A stretch of DNA of 64,000 bases. Origin: Thermoanaerobaculia bacterium (lineage in GTDB: Bacteria; Acidobacteriota; Thermoanaerobaculia; Multivoradales; Multivoraceae). Location: the NCBI GenBank assembly GCA_022822365.1, contig JAJEBV010000015.1:157688-221687 (forward strand), read 5' to 3'. Below, in pieces: positions 30,943-44,114 of this stretch. A model generated the notes under the pieces. The model was given only the letters and a program-made list of their open reading frames with translations. It had not been told where the DNA came from and ran no database searches. A program made the translations under genes and the position numbers. Every line of letters starts with the position of its first letter. Position 1 is the stretch's first letter.

Positions 30943-32106
30943 TCAGGTTCCCCGCAGAACGGTTGTGATGGGCAGACGCGCGGCGCGCAAGGCCGGCGCC
31001 AGACCGCCGATGACGCCGACCGCGACGGACCACCCGAGACCGAGACCGACCGATTCCGGCGTCACCCGGAACGCGAAGGCCAACTGGGACCCCGCGGCCG
31101 GGTTGAGCGTCGATGCCGTGTAGCCGTCAAGAACCGCGTACACGACGGCGGCGCCCAGGAGCCCTCCGGCAAGCGCGAGCACCGTCGCCTCGACCAGGAC
31201 CGAGACGACGACCGGCACAGGGTGGAAACCGAGTGCGCGGAGGGTCGCGATCTCGACCGAGCGCCGGCTGACGGCGGTGAACATCGTGGCCAGCGCGCCG
31301 AACACCGACCCGAGCGCCATGATGCCGGCGATCAGGTAGGCGAACGCGTCGATCAGCGCGGCGCGTGACGCCGACAGCGCGGCGAAGAACTCCTGCTCGG
31401 GAATCAGCGTGGTGGTCAGGCGCGGGTCGGCGGCCAGGCGCTGGTTCAGTGCCTCCACGTCGACGTCCGCAGGCAGCTTCACACGGACCACGCTGACCGC
31501 GGAGGCGCGGCGGAAGACGCTCTGCGCGATCGCGCGATCCATCCAGATCTCCGATTCGGCCGCGGCGCCGTCGGCGACGAAGTGACCGACCACTTCGAGC
31601 GTCGCGGTGCGCGCCTGCACCGTGTCGCCCACGCCGAGTCCGGCGTACTGCCGCGCGGCTGAAGCGCCGACGATGATCTCGTTTCGTCCCGGCGTGAGCG
31701 TGCGTCCGCTGATGATCCGCAACTCGGGGCGCAGCGCGAACGCCGCGGCAGTCACACCACGGCAGACGACGTCGACCGCGGTGCCGGCCCCACGCTTCGG
31801 CACGGTCAGCGTCGCGTAGATCTCCCCGCTCGTCACGTCGAAGCCCTCGTCCGACTCGAGGATCGCGAGCTCCTGAAGACCGATCCAGCCGTCCATCTCG
31901 TTGCCGCTGCCGTTCCTGAGGATCAGCCCGCGATCGGGCTTCGCCGTCTCGACGAGCGCCGAGCGGAAACCGGCGGACATGGCGAGCAGGCCGAGCAGCA
32001 CGGCGACCACGGCCGCCGAACCGACGACGACGGTCGCGCTCGATGCGGCGCGGGAGCCGAGGCTCTCCAGATTCATGCGGGTGACGGCTGTTGTCTGTTT
32101 CAACAT
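30943..32106 (-). CDS. ABC transporter permease (FtsX/MacB family)
   Basis: MacB periplasmic domain plus EIATLRALGF and GGLAPALRAAR. Confidence 0.9.
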   Translation of the reverse strand: MLKQTTAVTRMNLESLGSRAASSATVVVGSAAVVAVLLGLLAMSAGFRSALVETAKPDRGLILRNGSGNEMDGWIGLQELAILESDEGFDVTSGEIYATLTVPKRGAGTAVDVVCRGVTAAAFALRPELRIISGRTLTPGRNEIIVGASAARQYAGLGVGDTVQARTATLEVVGHFVADGAAAESEIWMDRAIAQSVFRRASAVSVVRVKLPADVDVEALNQRLAADPRLTTTLIPEQEFFAALSASRAALIDAFAYLIAGIMALGSVFGALATMFTAVSRRSVEIATLRALGFHPVPVVVSVLVEATVLALAGGLLGAAVVYAVLDGYTASTLNPAAGSQLAFAFRVTPESVGLGLGWSVAVGVIGGLAPALRAARLPITTVLRGT

Positions 32107-33003
32107 CTAACTGATCTCCCTCAAGGCGCGAACGATGGACAGGCGTCTCGCGGCAACCGCCGGCGGCAGGCCGATGGCCAGTCCCAGCGCTCCCGCGATC
32201 CCGACTGCGAGCCCGGCGTCAACCCAGCTCATCTGGAAGTGGCCGACGACACGCGCGAGCTGTGCATTGAGCGGCGCCTCGAGCGCGAGGCCGACCACGA
32301 CGCCGGCCACGCCGCCCATGAGGCAGAGGACCAGCGCCTCGGCGAACACCACGAGCGCGGCGGTGCCGTCCTTGAATCCAAGGGCCTTCATGACGGCCAG
32401 CTCCGGCACGCGCTCGCGAAACGCCAGCGCGGCGACGTTCGCCGTCAGCAGGAGCATCGTGAAGAAGACGGCGCCCAGGATCAGAGTCGCGATCAGGCCG
32501 ATGTCTCCAAGCTGGTTCGCGAACTGCCGGCTCCATTCATCTTCGGACAGCGAACGTGTCGGGTCGGACGAGTTCTCGAAGCGGCGGTCGATCGCGTCGA
32601 CGACCACCTTCGGATCCACGCCGTCCTCCAGGCGAGCCACGACCCAGCCGACCTCGTTCTTCGCCCAGTCCGCGACCGACTCGTTGAAGTAGTCGTAGCG
32701 GAGCAGGAACCAGGGCTGGAGAGCGCTGCCGGGAGGCACCTCGTAGGTCCCCGCGACCTCGAAGTCCCAGTCCCATGAACCGTCCGACTTCGGCCAGATG
32801 TCGCCGACGATCGAAACGAGGTCGCCGGCTCGCCAACCGTACTCCTGCGCCAGCTCGTCGGGAACGACCACGGCCCGGCGCGATGCCTGAAACCGGGTGA
32901 GAACGTCGTCCGCGATGACGAGTTCGGGGAAGATCCGGAAGTACCGCTCATGGTCGACCGGGGCCTTCGCGAAGGCGTGGGCCGGATCCTGGTAGTAGCC
33001 GCC
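32107..33003 (-). pseudogene. 5'-truncated FtsX/MacB-family ABC permease
   Basis: Recognisable permease sequence begins abruptly at GGYYQDP (33003) and includes ERVPELAVMKALGF. The upstream in-frame sequence is not permease-like and no ATPase gene follows upstream. Confidence 0.7.
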
Positions 33004-33139
33004 GGGCCTGCGGCTGCGCCAGCGCCAGCAGACGGATTGCGAGCACCAGCAGGAAGGCGATGTGGGCGCCGTCGATGACGGCGTAGAGCTATCTTCGACC
33101 GAGGCGCAACAATGCTGGGCACCGATCGCGACAGCACCG

Positions 33140-34879
33140 TCATCGTGCGAACGGCCGGTACTCAAGCAAGACGGACCGTCCGATGATGTCGGCGATCGTC
33201 ACCGAGAGTTCCCGGCCATGGGCGTCCGTCAGCCGAATCGGCTTGCCCGGCCGGAAGGGTACGGGCTGCTGGCGGCCCTCGTCGATGGCGATGTTGTCCG
33301 CGTAGAGGTATGTCCGGTCGGACGTGTCCCGGATCGGGTTCAGCCGTCCGCGAAGATCGGGAAGGTGTCCGGTGCCCTTGGAGAAGATGGCCGCGCCCCC
33401 GGACGCAAGCGGGTCGAGTTCCAGCAGGAGACCGCTCTGGCTCGGCCTCCACTCCCGTTCAAGTCCGGCGGTGTGGCCCGGCCCGGCGGCGTAGACGGTC
33501 ATCGGAAGGTGCGTCGTGTAGAGGTCCAGAGCCGCCTCGCCGGCCTCGTCGGTGGTTGCCCGCACCCAGGTCTTGTTCGGGAACAGCGCGAGAACCTCGA
33601 TGCCGGGCAGAGGCTCGCCACCGGAGTGCACCGTGACCGTGGCGTCCGCCGGAACAAGCTCCAGCTTGGCGGCGGGAATGCAGAGCACCAGACTGGACTC
33701 GTCGACGACCTCGTACTGCGGCACGATGCCGGTGGCTTCCCGGGTCTCCTCGCGGATGATCGTTACGCCGTCTCCTCGACGCTCCATCAGGTATCTGCGG
33801 TGGTCCGCTCCCGCCACGCTGCCAACGGGAATGCGTCCGAACACTGAAGCGATCACTTCGTTGCGAGTTGCCTGGCTGGCCTCCATGCCTTCGATGGTCA
33901 TGCCGTTCGGAAGCTGGCCCGGCGAATCGATCTCAAGGCGGTCCTTGAACAGGGACAGCCTGATCCGTCGGGAGGACATGGAGTAGTCGCGGTGTGCCAC
34001 GGCGTTGACCACCGCCTCGAAGACCGCGGCCTTGCTGTACTGGGGAACGTCCTCGCGCTCGGGTGTCTTGCGCGCCGCGACCCGCATGTTGCGAACGACG
34101 AACTTGACCGCGTCCGCGATCTGGACGGCTAGCGGACCGACGATCTCCTGGGCGTCCAACTGGCCCGACGCCCGATCGAGGCCGCGGTAGTGGGTCGCCA
34201 CGATGGCCGCTTGAGGAATGAAGTCCTGCGGTGAAGGAGCACAGAGAAGCACGCCGGCGACGGTCGCCCGATCCACGCCGGCTTCGTCCGGCGCCAGGAG
34301 GCGGAGGTTCATCAATCCACGGCGTGGATCGGTCGCCCCAGCCACACTGAGCAGCGGCTCCCATAGACGCTCGCTGAGCGTCTCGAAGCCCGTCTCGGGC
34401 ACGACCTGATTGTCGAAGCCGAGGTAGCGGCCATGCGCGCGCTGCTGCGCCAGCCTCAACCGTTCGTCGCCGCGCAGGCGGCGCTTCGTCCCGCCAACCC
34501 GGATGAAGGCTCGCCCATCACGCTCGTGCACGGCACGGCCCCGCGGCACCTCAACGAGCACTAAAGCTCGGCCGTCGAGTTCCCGGTGATGCACGTCGAT
34601 GCGCAGGGGCGGCTCGATGGCGTCGGTGCTCACCTCCACCAGCATGTGGTCGAGAGCCGCCATCTGTTCGCGCGACATGCCCTGGAGGGTTCCGTCGTCC
34701 TCGACCCCACAAAGCAACACGCCCCCACCCGCGTTGGCGAAAGCGCCGAGTTCGTCGGCGAAGTCGTCTCGCCGCGGGCTCGTCGGTGTGTTGCCGCTGA
34801 ACTCGACCCGCTTGAACTCCCAGCGACTGTCCTCGCCCAACGTCAGTTGTCGGCGAATGTCCTCGTCCCGAATCGTCAT
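33140..34879 (-). CDS. Schlafen/AlbA_2 + HATPase_c_4 (RecG C-terminal-like) protein with an extra C-terminal beta-sandwich domain
   Basis: GEDSRWEFK, AFANAGGG.LL.GVED (AlbA_2); EAVVNAVAHRDY, LEIDSPG, MERRGDG (HATPase_c_4); C-terminal TVTVH...TTDEAGEA (Ig/carboxypeptidase-regulatory-like). Confidence 0.88.
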   Translation of the reverse strand: MTIRDEDIRRQLTLGEDSRWEFKRVEFSGNTPTSPRRDDFADELGAFANAGGGVLLCGVEDDGTLQGMSREQMAALDHMLVEVSTDAIEPPLRIDVHHRELDGRALVLVEVPRGRAVHERDGRAFIRVGGTKRRLRGDERLRLAQQRAHGRYLGFDNQVVPETGFETLSERLWEPLLSVAGATDPRRGLMNLRLLAPDEAGVDRATVAGVLLCAPSPQDFIPQAAIVATHYRGLDRASGQLDAQEIVGPLAVQIADAVKFVVRNMRVAARKTPEREDVPQYSKAAVFEAVVNAVAHRDYSMSSRRIRLSLFKDRLEIDSPGQLPNGMTIEGMEASQATRNEVIASVFGRIPVGSVAGADHRRYLMERRGDGVTIIREETREATGIVPQYEVVDESSLVLCIPAAKLELVPADATVTVHSGGEPLPGIEVLALFPNKTWVRATTDEAGEAALDLYTTHLPMTVYAAGPGHTAGLEREWRPSQSGLLLELDPLASGGAAIFSKGTGHLPDLRGRLNPIRDTSDRTYLYADNIAIDEGRQQPVPFRPGKPIRLTDAHGRELSVTIADIIGRSVLLEYRPFAR

Positions 34880-34886
34880 CGGCTCC

Positions 34887-34978
<92 letters not shown>

Positions 34979-35122
34979 CGAGCGCGGGAGTCTAGCAGCG
35001 GGGCCGAGCGCGGCGTGGGGCGGCCGCACGCGCAGTGGCGGGCTTGCCTCTCGCTCCGCCCGGCATGGAATTCGCTACGACCTCAGGCCAGGCGGGAATG
35101 AACTCGCCGGCAGGAGGGAAGG

Positions 35123-35224
35123 ATGACTGACACTCGGGGCATCGAGCGGCAGCTGTATGAGATCGCCCGTCAACTGTCGGCGTTGCGGGCTGTGCTGGAG
35201 CGGATTGAGCGGAGGCTTCGGTAG
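35123..35224 (+). CDS. Small coiled-coil protein (33 aa), below the ORF-track cutoff
   Basis: SD GGAGG about 7 nt before the ATG; MTDTRGIERQLYEIARQLSALRAVLERIERRLR with I/L at 7,11,14,18,21,25,28,32. Confidence 0.55.
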   Translation: MTDTRGIERQLYEIARQLSALRAVLERIERRLR

Positions 35225-35232
35225 GTCGGCGC

Positions 35233-35637
35233 TCAGGCCCTCGCCGCGACGTCGACGCGGGCCTGCGCGGTATCCACGCGGTCCTTCAGCGCGCCCTGGT
35301 CCTCGAAGCTGGCGCGGTCGTACTCGGCGGCCAGCTCGTCGCGCTCGGTCCTGGCAGCCGCGGCGTCGATGTCTTCGGCCGGCTCCGCTGTCTCGGTCAG
35401 CACGGTCACCGTGTCGTCGGCCACCTCGCAGAAACCCGGGGCCACCGCGACGAACCGCCGCGCTCCGCCGTCGGACGGCTGGTAACTGAGCTCCCCCGGC
35501 CGCAACGTGCTGATCAGCGCCGCATGCCCGGGCAGGATGCCCATGTCGCCTTTGCGCCCGGGCAGGCCGACGTCCGAGCACTCGACTTCGAGCAGCTTCT
35601 CGGCGTGGGTCACCAGGATGAGATTCAAGCCGGCCAC
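35233..35637 (-). CDS. atpC: ATP synthase F1 epsilon
   Basis: LPGRKGDMGILPGHA, GFCEV, terminal gene of the atp operon. Confidence 0.95.
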   Translation of the reverse strand: MAGLNLILVTHAEKLLEVECSDVGLPGRKGDMGILPGHAALISTLRPGELSYQPSDGGARRFVAVAPGFCEVADDTVTVLTETAEPAEDIDAAAARTERDELAAEYDRASFEDQGALKDRVDTAQARVDVAARA

Positions 35638-35671
35638 GTTCGTTCGCTCCGCTGGTTCCGCCTCGGCGCCT

Positions 35672-38108
<2,437 letters not shown>

Positions 38109-38153
38109 CTCTGCGACCTACCTCGAAACCGTTCCCGTTCGTCCCGGTGCGCC

Positions 38154-39692
<1,539 letters not shown>

Positions 39693-39754
39693 GTTCTATC
39701 TACTCCTTAGGGTGCGCCCCGAGTTCGTGGAGCGTCTCGAAGTCCTGACTGTCT

Positions 39755-40303
39755 CTAGCTCGCTGACTCCGCCGTCAATCTGGATTCCAGCGCGGCCAAC
39801 TGGCCGCGAACGCTCGCGTCGTATCGGTAGCTCCCGAACTGGGCCACGAAACCGCCGATCAGGCCCGGATCGACCTGGCTCTCCAGCCGGACCTCCGCGC
39901 CGGAGAGGCGTTCGAGGGCTCCCTGGAGCCGCGCCTGCTGGTCGGCGTCAAGTTCCTCCGCCGCGGTCACCGTGGCGCTGACCACGCCGTGGGCGCGGTC
40001 GAGCAGCTCGTCGATCGCTTCGAGGATCGCCGGCAGGTGGACCAGGCGGTAGTTGTCGAGCAACAGCCGCAACAGCCGCCGCGTCAGGTCGCCAGCGCTC
40101 AGCATGCCGGCGATCTCGTCGACCACGGCCCGCTTCGTCGCCGGCGGCACGCCGGGATTCGAGGCCATGCGGCCCAACCGCGGCACAGCCCGCATCGCCT
40201 CGGCGAAGGCGGTGAGTTCGTCGCGGGTCGCCTGCGCCGCCTCGAGTGAGCCGGCGGCGCCCATCAGGGCCTGCGCGTAGGGCCTCGCGTAGCGGTAGAT
40301 CAT
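39755..40303 (-). CDS. atpH: ATP synthase F1 delta
   Basis: RYARPYAQAL, VDPGLIGG, YDASV. Confidence 0.95.
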   Translation of the reverse strand: MIYRYARPYAQALMGAAGSLEAAQATRDELTAFAEAMRAVPRLGRMASNPGVPPATKRAVVDEIAGMLSAGDLTRRLLRLLLDNYRLVHLPAILEAIDELLDRAHGVVSATVTAAEELDADQQARLQGALERLSGAEVRLESQVDPGLIGGFVAQFGSYRYDASVRGQLAALESRLTAESAS

Positions 40304-40917
40304 CGTGCGTCGGCTCCGGCCGAGGCGTCGTCCGCCCGGCTCTCCAGGCTGAGCAACCCGCGGTCGAGGATGCGCCGGCGGGCGGCGGCGTCAACTTCGC
40401 GCTCAAGCCGCTCCGCGGCGAGCGCCGTGGCCAGCCGGGCCGCGTGCTGCGCGAGCTCGACCCGGGCGCGCGCCGTGCGGTTCCGGATCTCGGCGCGGGC
40501 CTGCTCCAGCATCCGCTCGCGCTGCCGCTCGGCCAGGGCCGCGATCTCGCGCGCGTCGCGTTCGCCTTCCTGCCGGGCGCGCTCGGCGGCCTGCGCGACT
40601 TCCGTCTCAAGCGCCGCGAGCTGGCCATCGAGGCCTGCGTGCAGCTCTTCGGCGTCCGCGCGCTGGCGCCGGGCGGTCATCAGGCTGTCCCGGATCTGGT
40701 TCCGTCGCCCTTCCAGCGCGGCCACGGCCTTCGGCCCGACCAGGTAGGCGAGGCCGCCGAAGAAGACGAGCATGTTGAACCAGGAGAAGACCCAGCGCGG
40801 CAGTCCCAGGAAGTGAGTCGCCTCGCCGACTTCCGCGCCGAACGCGGCCCCGACGCCGGCGAACAGCGTCCAGAGCAGCGCCAGCGAGGCGGTCTTCAGA
40901 AGCGCGGAACGCCTCAC
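40300..40917 (-). CDS. atpF: ATP synthase F0 subunit b
   Basis: TM helix followed by a long Ala/Glu/Arg coiled coil; operon position. Confidence 0.88.
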   Translation of the reverse strand: MRRSALLKTASLALLWTLFAGVGAAFGAEVGEATHFLGLPRWVFSWFNMLVFFGGLAYLVGPKAVAALEGRRNQIRDSLMTARRQRADAEELHAGLDGQLAALETEVAQAAERARQEGERDAREIAALAERQRERMLEQARAEIRNRTARARVELAQHAARLATALAAERLEREVDAAARRRILDRGLLSLESRADDASAGADAR

Positions 40918-41336
40918 GAAGGGGCCCCCATCAGCTTCGCGGTCACGTCGGCCGCGAGCCGCTCGGCGCGCGCTTCGAGGGAGCGCCGCTGCTCGGCCGT
41001 CTCGGCGTCGAGCGCGGCGATCGCCTGCTGGAGTTCTGCATCCGCCTCCTGGCGGGCCTCGGCGACCAGAGTCTCCCGAGCCTGCTGGGCTTCCTTCCGC
41101 ATCCGGTCCCGGTGCGCGGAGGCCTCGGCGCGCGCTTCCTTCAGCTTCTCGCGCTGCGCCTCGATCCTCGCCTCGACCTCGGCCTGAGCCCGGTCGAACG
41201 TCTCCTGGGCGGTCACGATCTCGCTGTCGCGCTCCCTGAGCATGCGCATGATCGGCCGGACGAGGTAGAACCGGACCACCACATAGGTGGCCCAGAAGAT
41301 CGCCATGATGACCAGGAGGCTGGCGTCGAAGTCCAC
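40914..41336 (-). CDS. atpF2: ATP synthase F0 subunit b'
   Basis: Single TM helix plus coiled coil; first gene of the operon. Confidence 0.88.
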   Translation of the reverse strand: MDFDASLLVIMAIFWATYVVVRFYLVRPIMRMLRERDSEIVTAQETFDRAQAEVEARIEAQREKLKEARAEASAHRDRMRKEAQQARETLVAEARQEADAELQQAIAALDAETAEQRRSLEARAERLAADVTAKLMGAPS

Positions 41337-41596
41337 AGCTACTCGTCCCGCGGTCGTCCGGGTCTGTCTCTCTCGGGCCCTAGTGTTCCGGCGTTGATCC
41401 GGCCTTGTTGCTTCCGGTTTCTTCCGGGTTCCTGCCTCTCTCGCCCAAGGCCCGAAAGCGGCGGTAACGTAACACGGCTACCGGGGCCGGTCAACGGCGG
41501 CGACAGGCGGGGAGAACCGCCGATTCCAACGGCCGAAATCACCGCCCGAATCAGCGCGCGATCGCCGCCGCAAGTGCGCCGGATTTCTCGACTGCG

Positions 41597-42793
41597 GTGG
41601 AAACCGTCCGTGTACATTTTCACCGGCGGTCGAAAAATCTGGTAATCTCGTGCGTCGTGGCAACCACAACCAGGTACCTGGCGGACCAGGTCGAGCGAGA
41701 CCTCGAGCGGAAGATGGTCTTTGTCACCGGCCCCCGCCAGGTCGGAAAGACGACTCTCGCCCGCAGCTTGCCCGGCGCCGAGGCCGGCTACCTCAACTGG
41801 GACATCGCGGAGGACCGGGAACGCATCCTGAGGCGCCAGCTTCCTGCCGCCGGCTTGTGGGTGTTCGACGAGATCCACAAGTACCGGGACTGGAGGAACT
41901 ACCTGAAGGGCCTCTACGACGCGAGCGTTGCCCGGGAGCCCGCGCGGACCGGGCGACGCATCCTGGTGACCGGCAGCGCCAGACTCGACGCCTACCGCTT
42001 CGGCGGCGATTCGCTGCAGGGCCGCTTCCATCTCCTCCGCCTGCACCCCCTGTCCGCCGCGGAACTCGGGCTGCGGAAGACCGTCGAACTCCAGGACCTG
42101 CTGCAGCTCGGCGGCTTCCCCGAACCGTACCTCGGCGGCTCCGAAGTCGAGGCCCGCCGGTGGTCGCGGGAGCACCGCACCCTGCTGATCCGCGAAGAGG
42201 TCACCAGCCTCGAACGGATCCAGGACCTCGGCCGGCTCGAGCTCCTCATGCTCCGGCTCCCGGAGCTGGTCGGCTCGCCGCTCTCGATCAATGCCGTGCG
42301 CGAAGACCTGCAACTGAGCCACAAGACGGTCGCCGCCTGGCTGGCCGTCTTCGAACGCCTGTACGCCGTCTTCCGGCTGTCGCCTTTCGGCGCACCCACG
42401 ATCCGGGCCGTCAAGAAGCAGCAGAAGCACTACCACGTCGACTGGTCGGTCGTGCCCGAAGACCCGCCTCGTTTCGAGAACCTGGTCGCCAGCCACCTGC
42501 TCAAGTGGGTGCATCACCAGCAGGACACCCAGGGTCTCGACCTCGAACTACGCTACTTCCGGGACACGGACGGTCGCGAGGTCGACTTCATCGTCACCGA
42601 CGGGCGGCGGCCTGTGCTCTGCGTCGAATGCAAGTGGGCGGACGGGCGGCTCGACAAGAGCCTGCGCTACTTCAAGGTCCGCTTCCCGGAGTGCGAAGCG
42701 TGGCAGGTGTCGGCCACGGGGACGAAGGACTATGTGACGCCCGAGGGGATCCGGGTTGCGCCGGCGCTGGAGCTGTTGGGTCGACTCGTGTAA
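41597..42793 (+). CDS. AAA_14 + DUF4143 ATP-binding protein (start uncertain, possibly about 41656)
   Basis: GPRQVGKT, FDEIHK, LVTGSA, GGFPE, FENLV, YFRDTDGREVDF (PD-(D/E)xK-like tail). Confidence 0.9.
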   Translation: METVRVHFHRRSKNLVISCVVATTTRYLADQVERDLERKMVFVTGPRQVGKTTLARSLPGAEAGYLNWDIAEDRERILRRQLPAAGLWVFDEIHKYRDWRNYLKGLYDASVAREPARTGRRILVTGSARLDAYRFGGDSLQGRFHLLRLHPLSAAELGLRKTVELQDLLQLGGFPEPYLGGSEVEARRWSREHRTLLIREEVTSLERIQDLGRLELLMLRLPELVGSPLSINAVREDLQLSHKTVAAWLAVFERLYAVFRLSPFGAPTIRAVKKQQKHYHVDWSVVPEDPPRFENLVASHLLKWVHHQQDTQGLDLELRYFRDTDGREVDFIVTDGRRPVLCVECKWADGRLDKSLRYFKVRFPECEAWQVSATGTKDYVTPEGIRVAPALELLGRLV

Positions 42794-42825
42794 GCGGGTA
42801 ACCGCTGCCGAACGATAACGGGAAC

Positions 42826-43329
42826 TCAGGGCGCCAGTACGCGCGCGACCCGGAAGTTCTCGCCCTTGAAGTGGCGCATCTCGACCGGACGGCGAAAGGC
42901 GGAGCGCAGTTCCCTCGGGCCGTCCCGCCACGAACCGCCGCGGATCACATGGTACGAGCAGTCGCCTTCCAACCGGGCGCTGGCGTCGGAGGGAGCGCCT
43001 TCGTGAGTGTCGTTCCAGCAGTCCTCGACCCACTCCCAACCGTTGCCGACCGCGTCGTGGAGGCCCCACGCGTTCGGCGCGAACTGGCCGACCGGCGCCG
43101 AGAACTCGTACTCGCTGCAGCCTTCGGCCGAGAGGCACCCCATGCGGAACGTGCCAGCAGGGACTACGACCATCTCGGGGCCCGGATCGCCCGAGGTGAG
43201 CGCATCCGAGAACGTATCCCCGGGTTGCGGATCCGCGGGTTCCTGACTCGCAGGTTGGGCCTCGAAGGCGGCGGTCGGCACCGCCAGCAGAACTGCCAGG
43301 AACGCGGCATGCACGAACGTTCTCTTCAT
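42826..43329 (-). pseudogene. Formylglycine-generating enzyme (SUMF1/FGE-sulfatase) family protein with its central region missing
   Basis: PEMVVVPAGTFRMG joins almost directly to PVGQFAPNAWGLHDAVGNGWEW and RGGSW; only about 167 aa. Confidence 0.65.
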
Positions 43330-43371
43330 CGGGCGCATCCTCCCTTTCATCAGGATTGGGACCGAGTCAAT

Positions 43372-43761
43372 CTACCCCAGCGGACGCACGGGGATCCCCA
43401 TCGCTCTGGCTGCTTCCGCCATACGACGGTCGTACGTGGCCAACTCCACGCTTTGCCGCTGCTCTCGAAGGTAGTCAAGCGACGCCAGGTGCAGGGCGTC
43501 CAGGGTGCGAACCGGTACCGGAAAGGCGCTCAGGGCCCGGGTCAGGATGACCGGAGACAGCTCCAGCAGCGCGATCTGGCCGATCGCTTCCTCGGCCGCC
43601 TCGCCGTGGGTTTCCGCCCGCCCCCGGGCATGAAGACGGTTCCAGACTTCGTACTCGACCAATCGGCTCGCCACGAGGCTCTCAACCCAAAGGTGTTCAG
43701 GCGGTCGCCGAATCTCCGCAAGGAGGTGGGCCAACACGACCGAGGAGTCGATGTAGATCAC
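43372..43761 (-). CDS. PIN-domain toxin (VapC-like)
   Basis: IYIDSS, EYE, RTLDALHLAS, TYDRR. Confidence 0.9.
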   Translation of the reverse strand: MIYIDSSVVLAHLLAEIRRPPEHLWVESLVASRLVEYEVWNRLHARGRAETHGEAAEEAIGQIALLELSPVILTRALSAFPVPVRTLDALHLASLDYLREQRQSVELATYDRRMAEAARAMGIPVRPLG

Positions 43762-44051
43762 CGCTCCTGCCGATCCGCGTCCAGCTCCTGCAGAAGCTCA
43801 TCCAACGACATGATGGGCGGCGGCTTGACGGGAGGCCCCGCTCCCTTCATGGCCGGCGGTGTCAAGAGACCCTTGCGTACCGCATCGGCCAGTAACGCAT
43901 CGGCGATGAAGGGGCTACGCTCTTCCCGAGGCGGCACGATCTCGGCGACTACGCGGTCCCGATCCGTAACCAGGACCGTCTCGCCCGCTGCGGCCATTCG
44001 CACATACCGGCTGAGCTGGTTGTTCAGCGTCTTGAGCCCCACGGATCTCAT
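43758..44051 (-). CDS. Phd/YefM-family antitoxin
   Basis: MRSVGLKTLNNQLSRYVRMAAAGETVLVTDRDRVVAEI. Start at ATG 44051; overlaps the toxin start. Confidence 0.88.
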   Translation of the reverse strand: MRSVGLKTLNNQLSRYVRMAAAGETVLVTDRDRVVAEIVPPREERSPFIADALLADAVRKGLLTPPAMKGAGPPVKPPPIMSLDELLQELDADRQER

Positions 44052-44059
44052 GGCGCATG

Positions 44060-44089
44060 AATGTAGCTTCCGGTGGCCACCTTCGTCAA
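44060..44089 (-). promoter_or_regulatory. TA operon promoter with palindromic operator
   Basis: TTGACG-N18-TACATT; perfect palindrome GGTGGCCACC (44072-44081) in the spacer; ATG 8 nt after the -10. Confidence 0.6.
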
Positions 44090-44114
44090 GGTCAGGCCGC
44101 GTTAGCCTGATCGC

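Noticed and set aside
40914-41336. Missing atpB/atpE as a sign of a defective ATP synthase
   Set aside because: A split atp operon, with a and c subunits encoded elsewhere, is normal in several lineages including Acidobacteriota.
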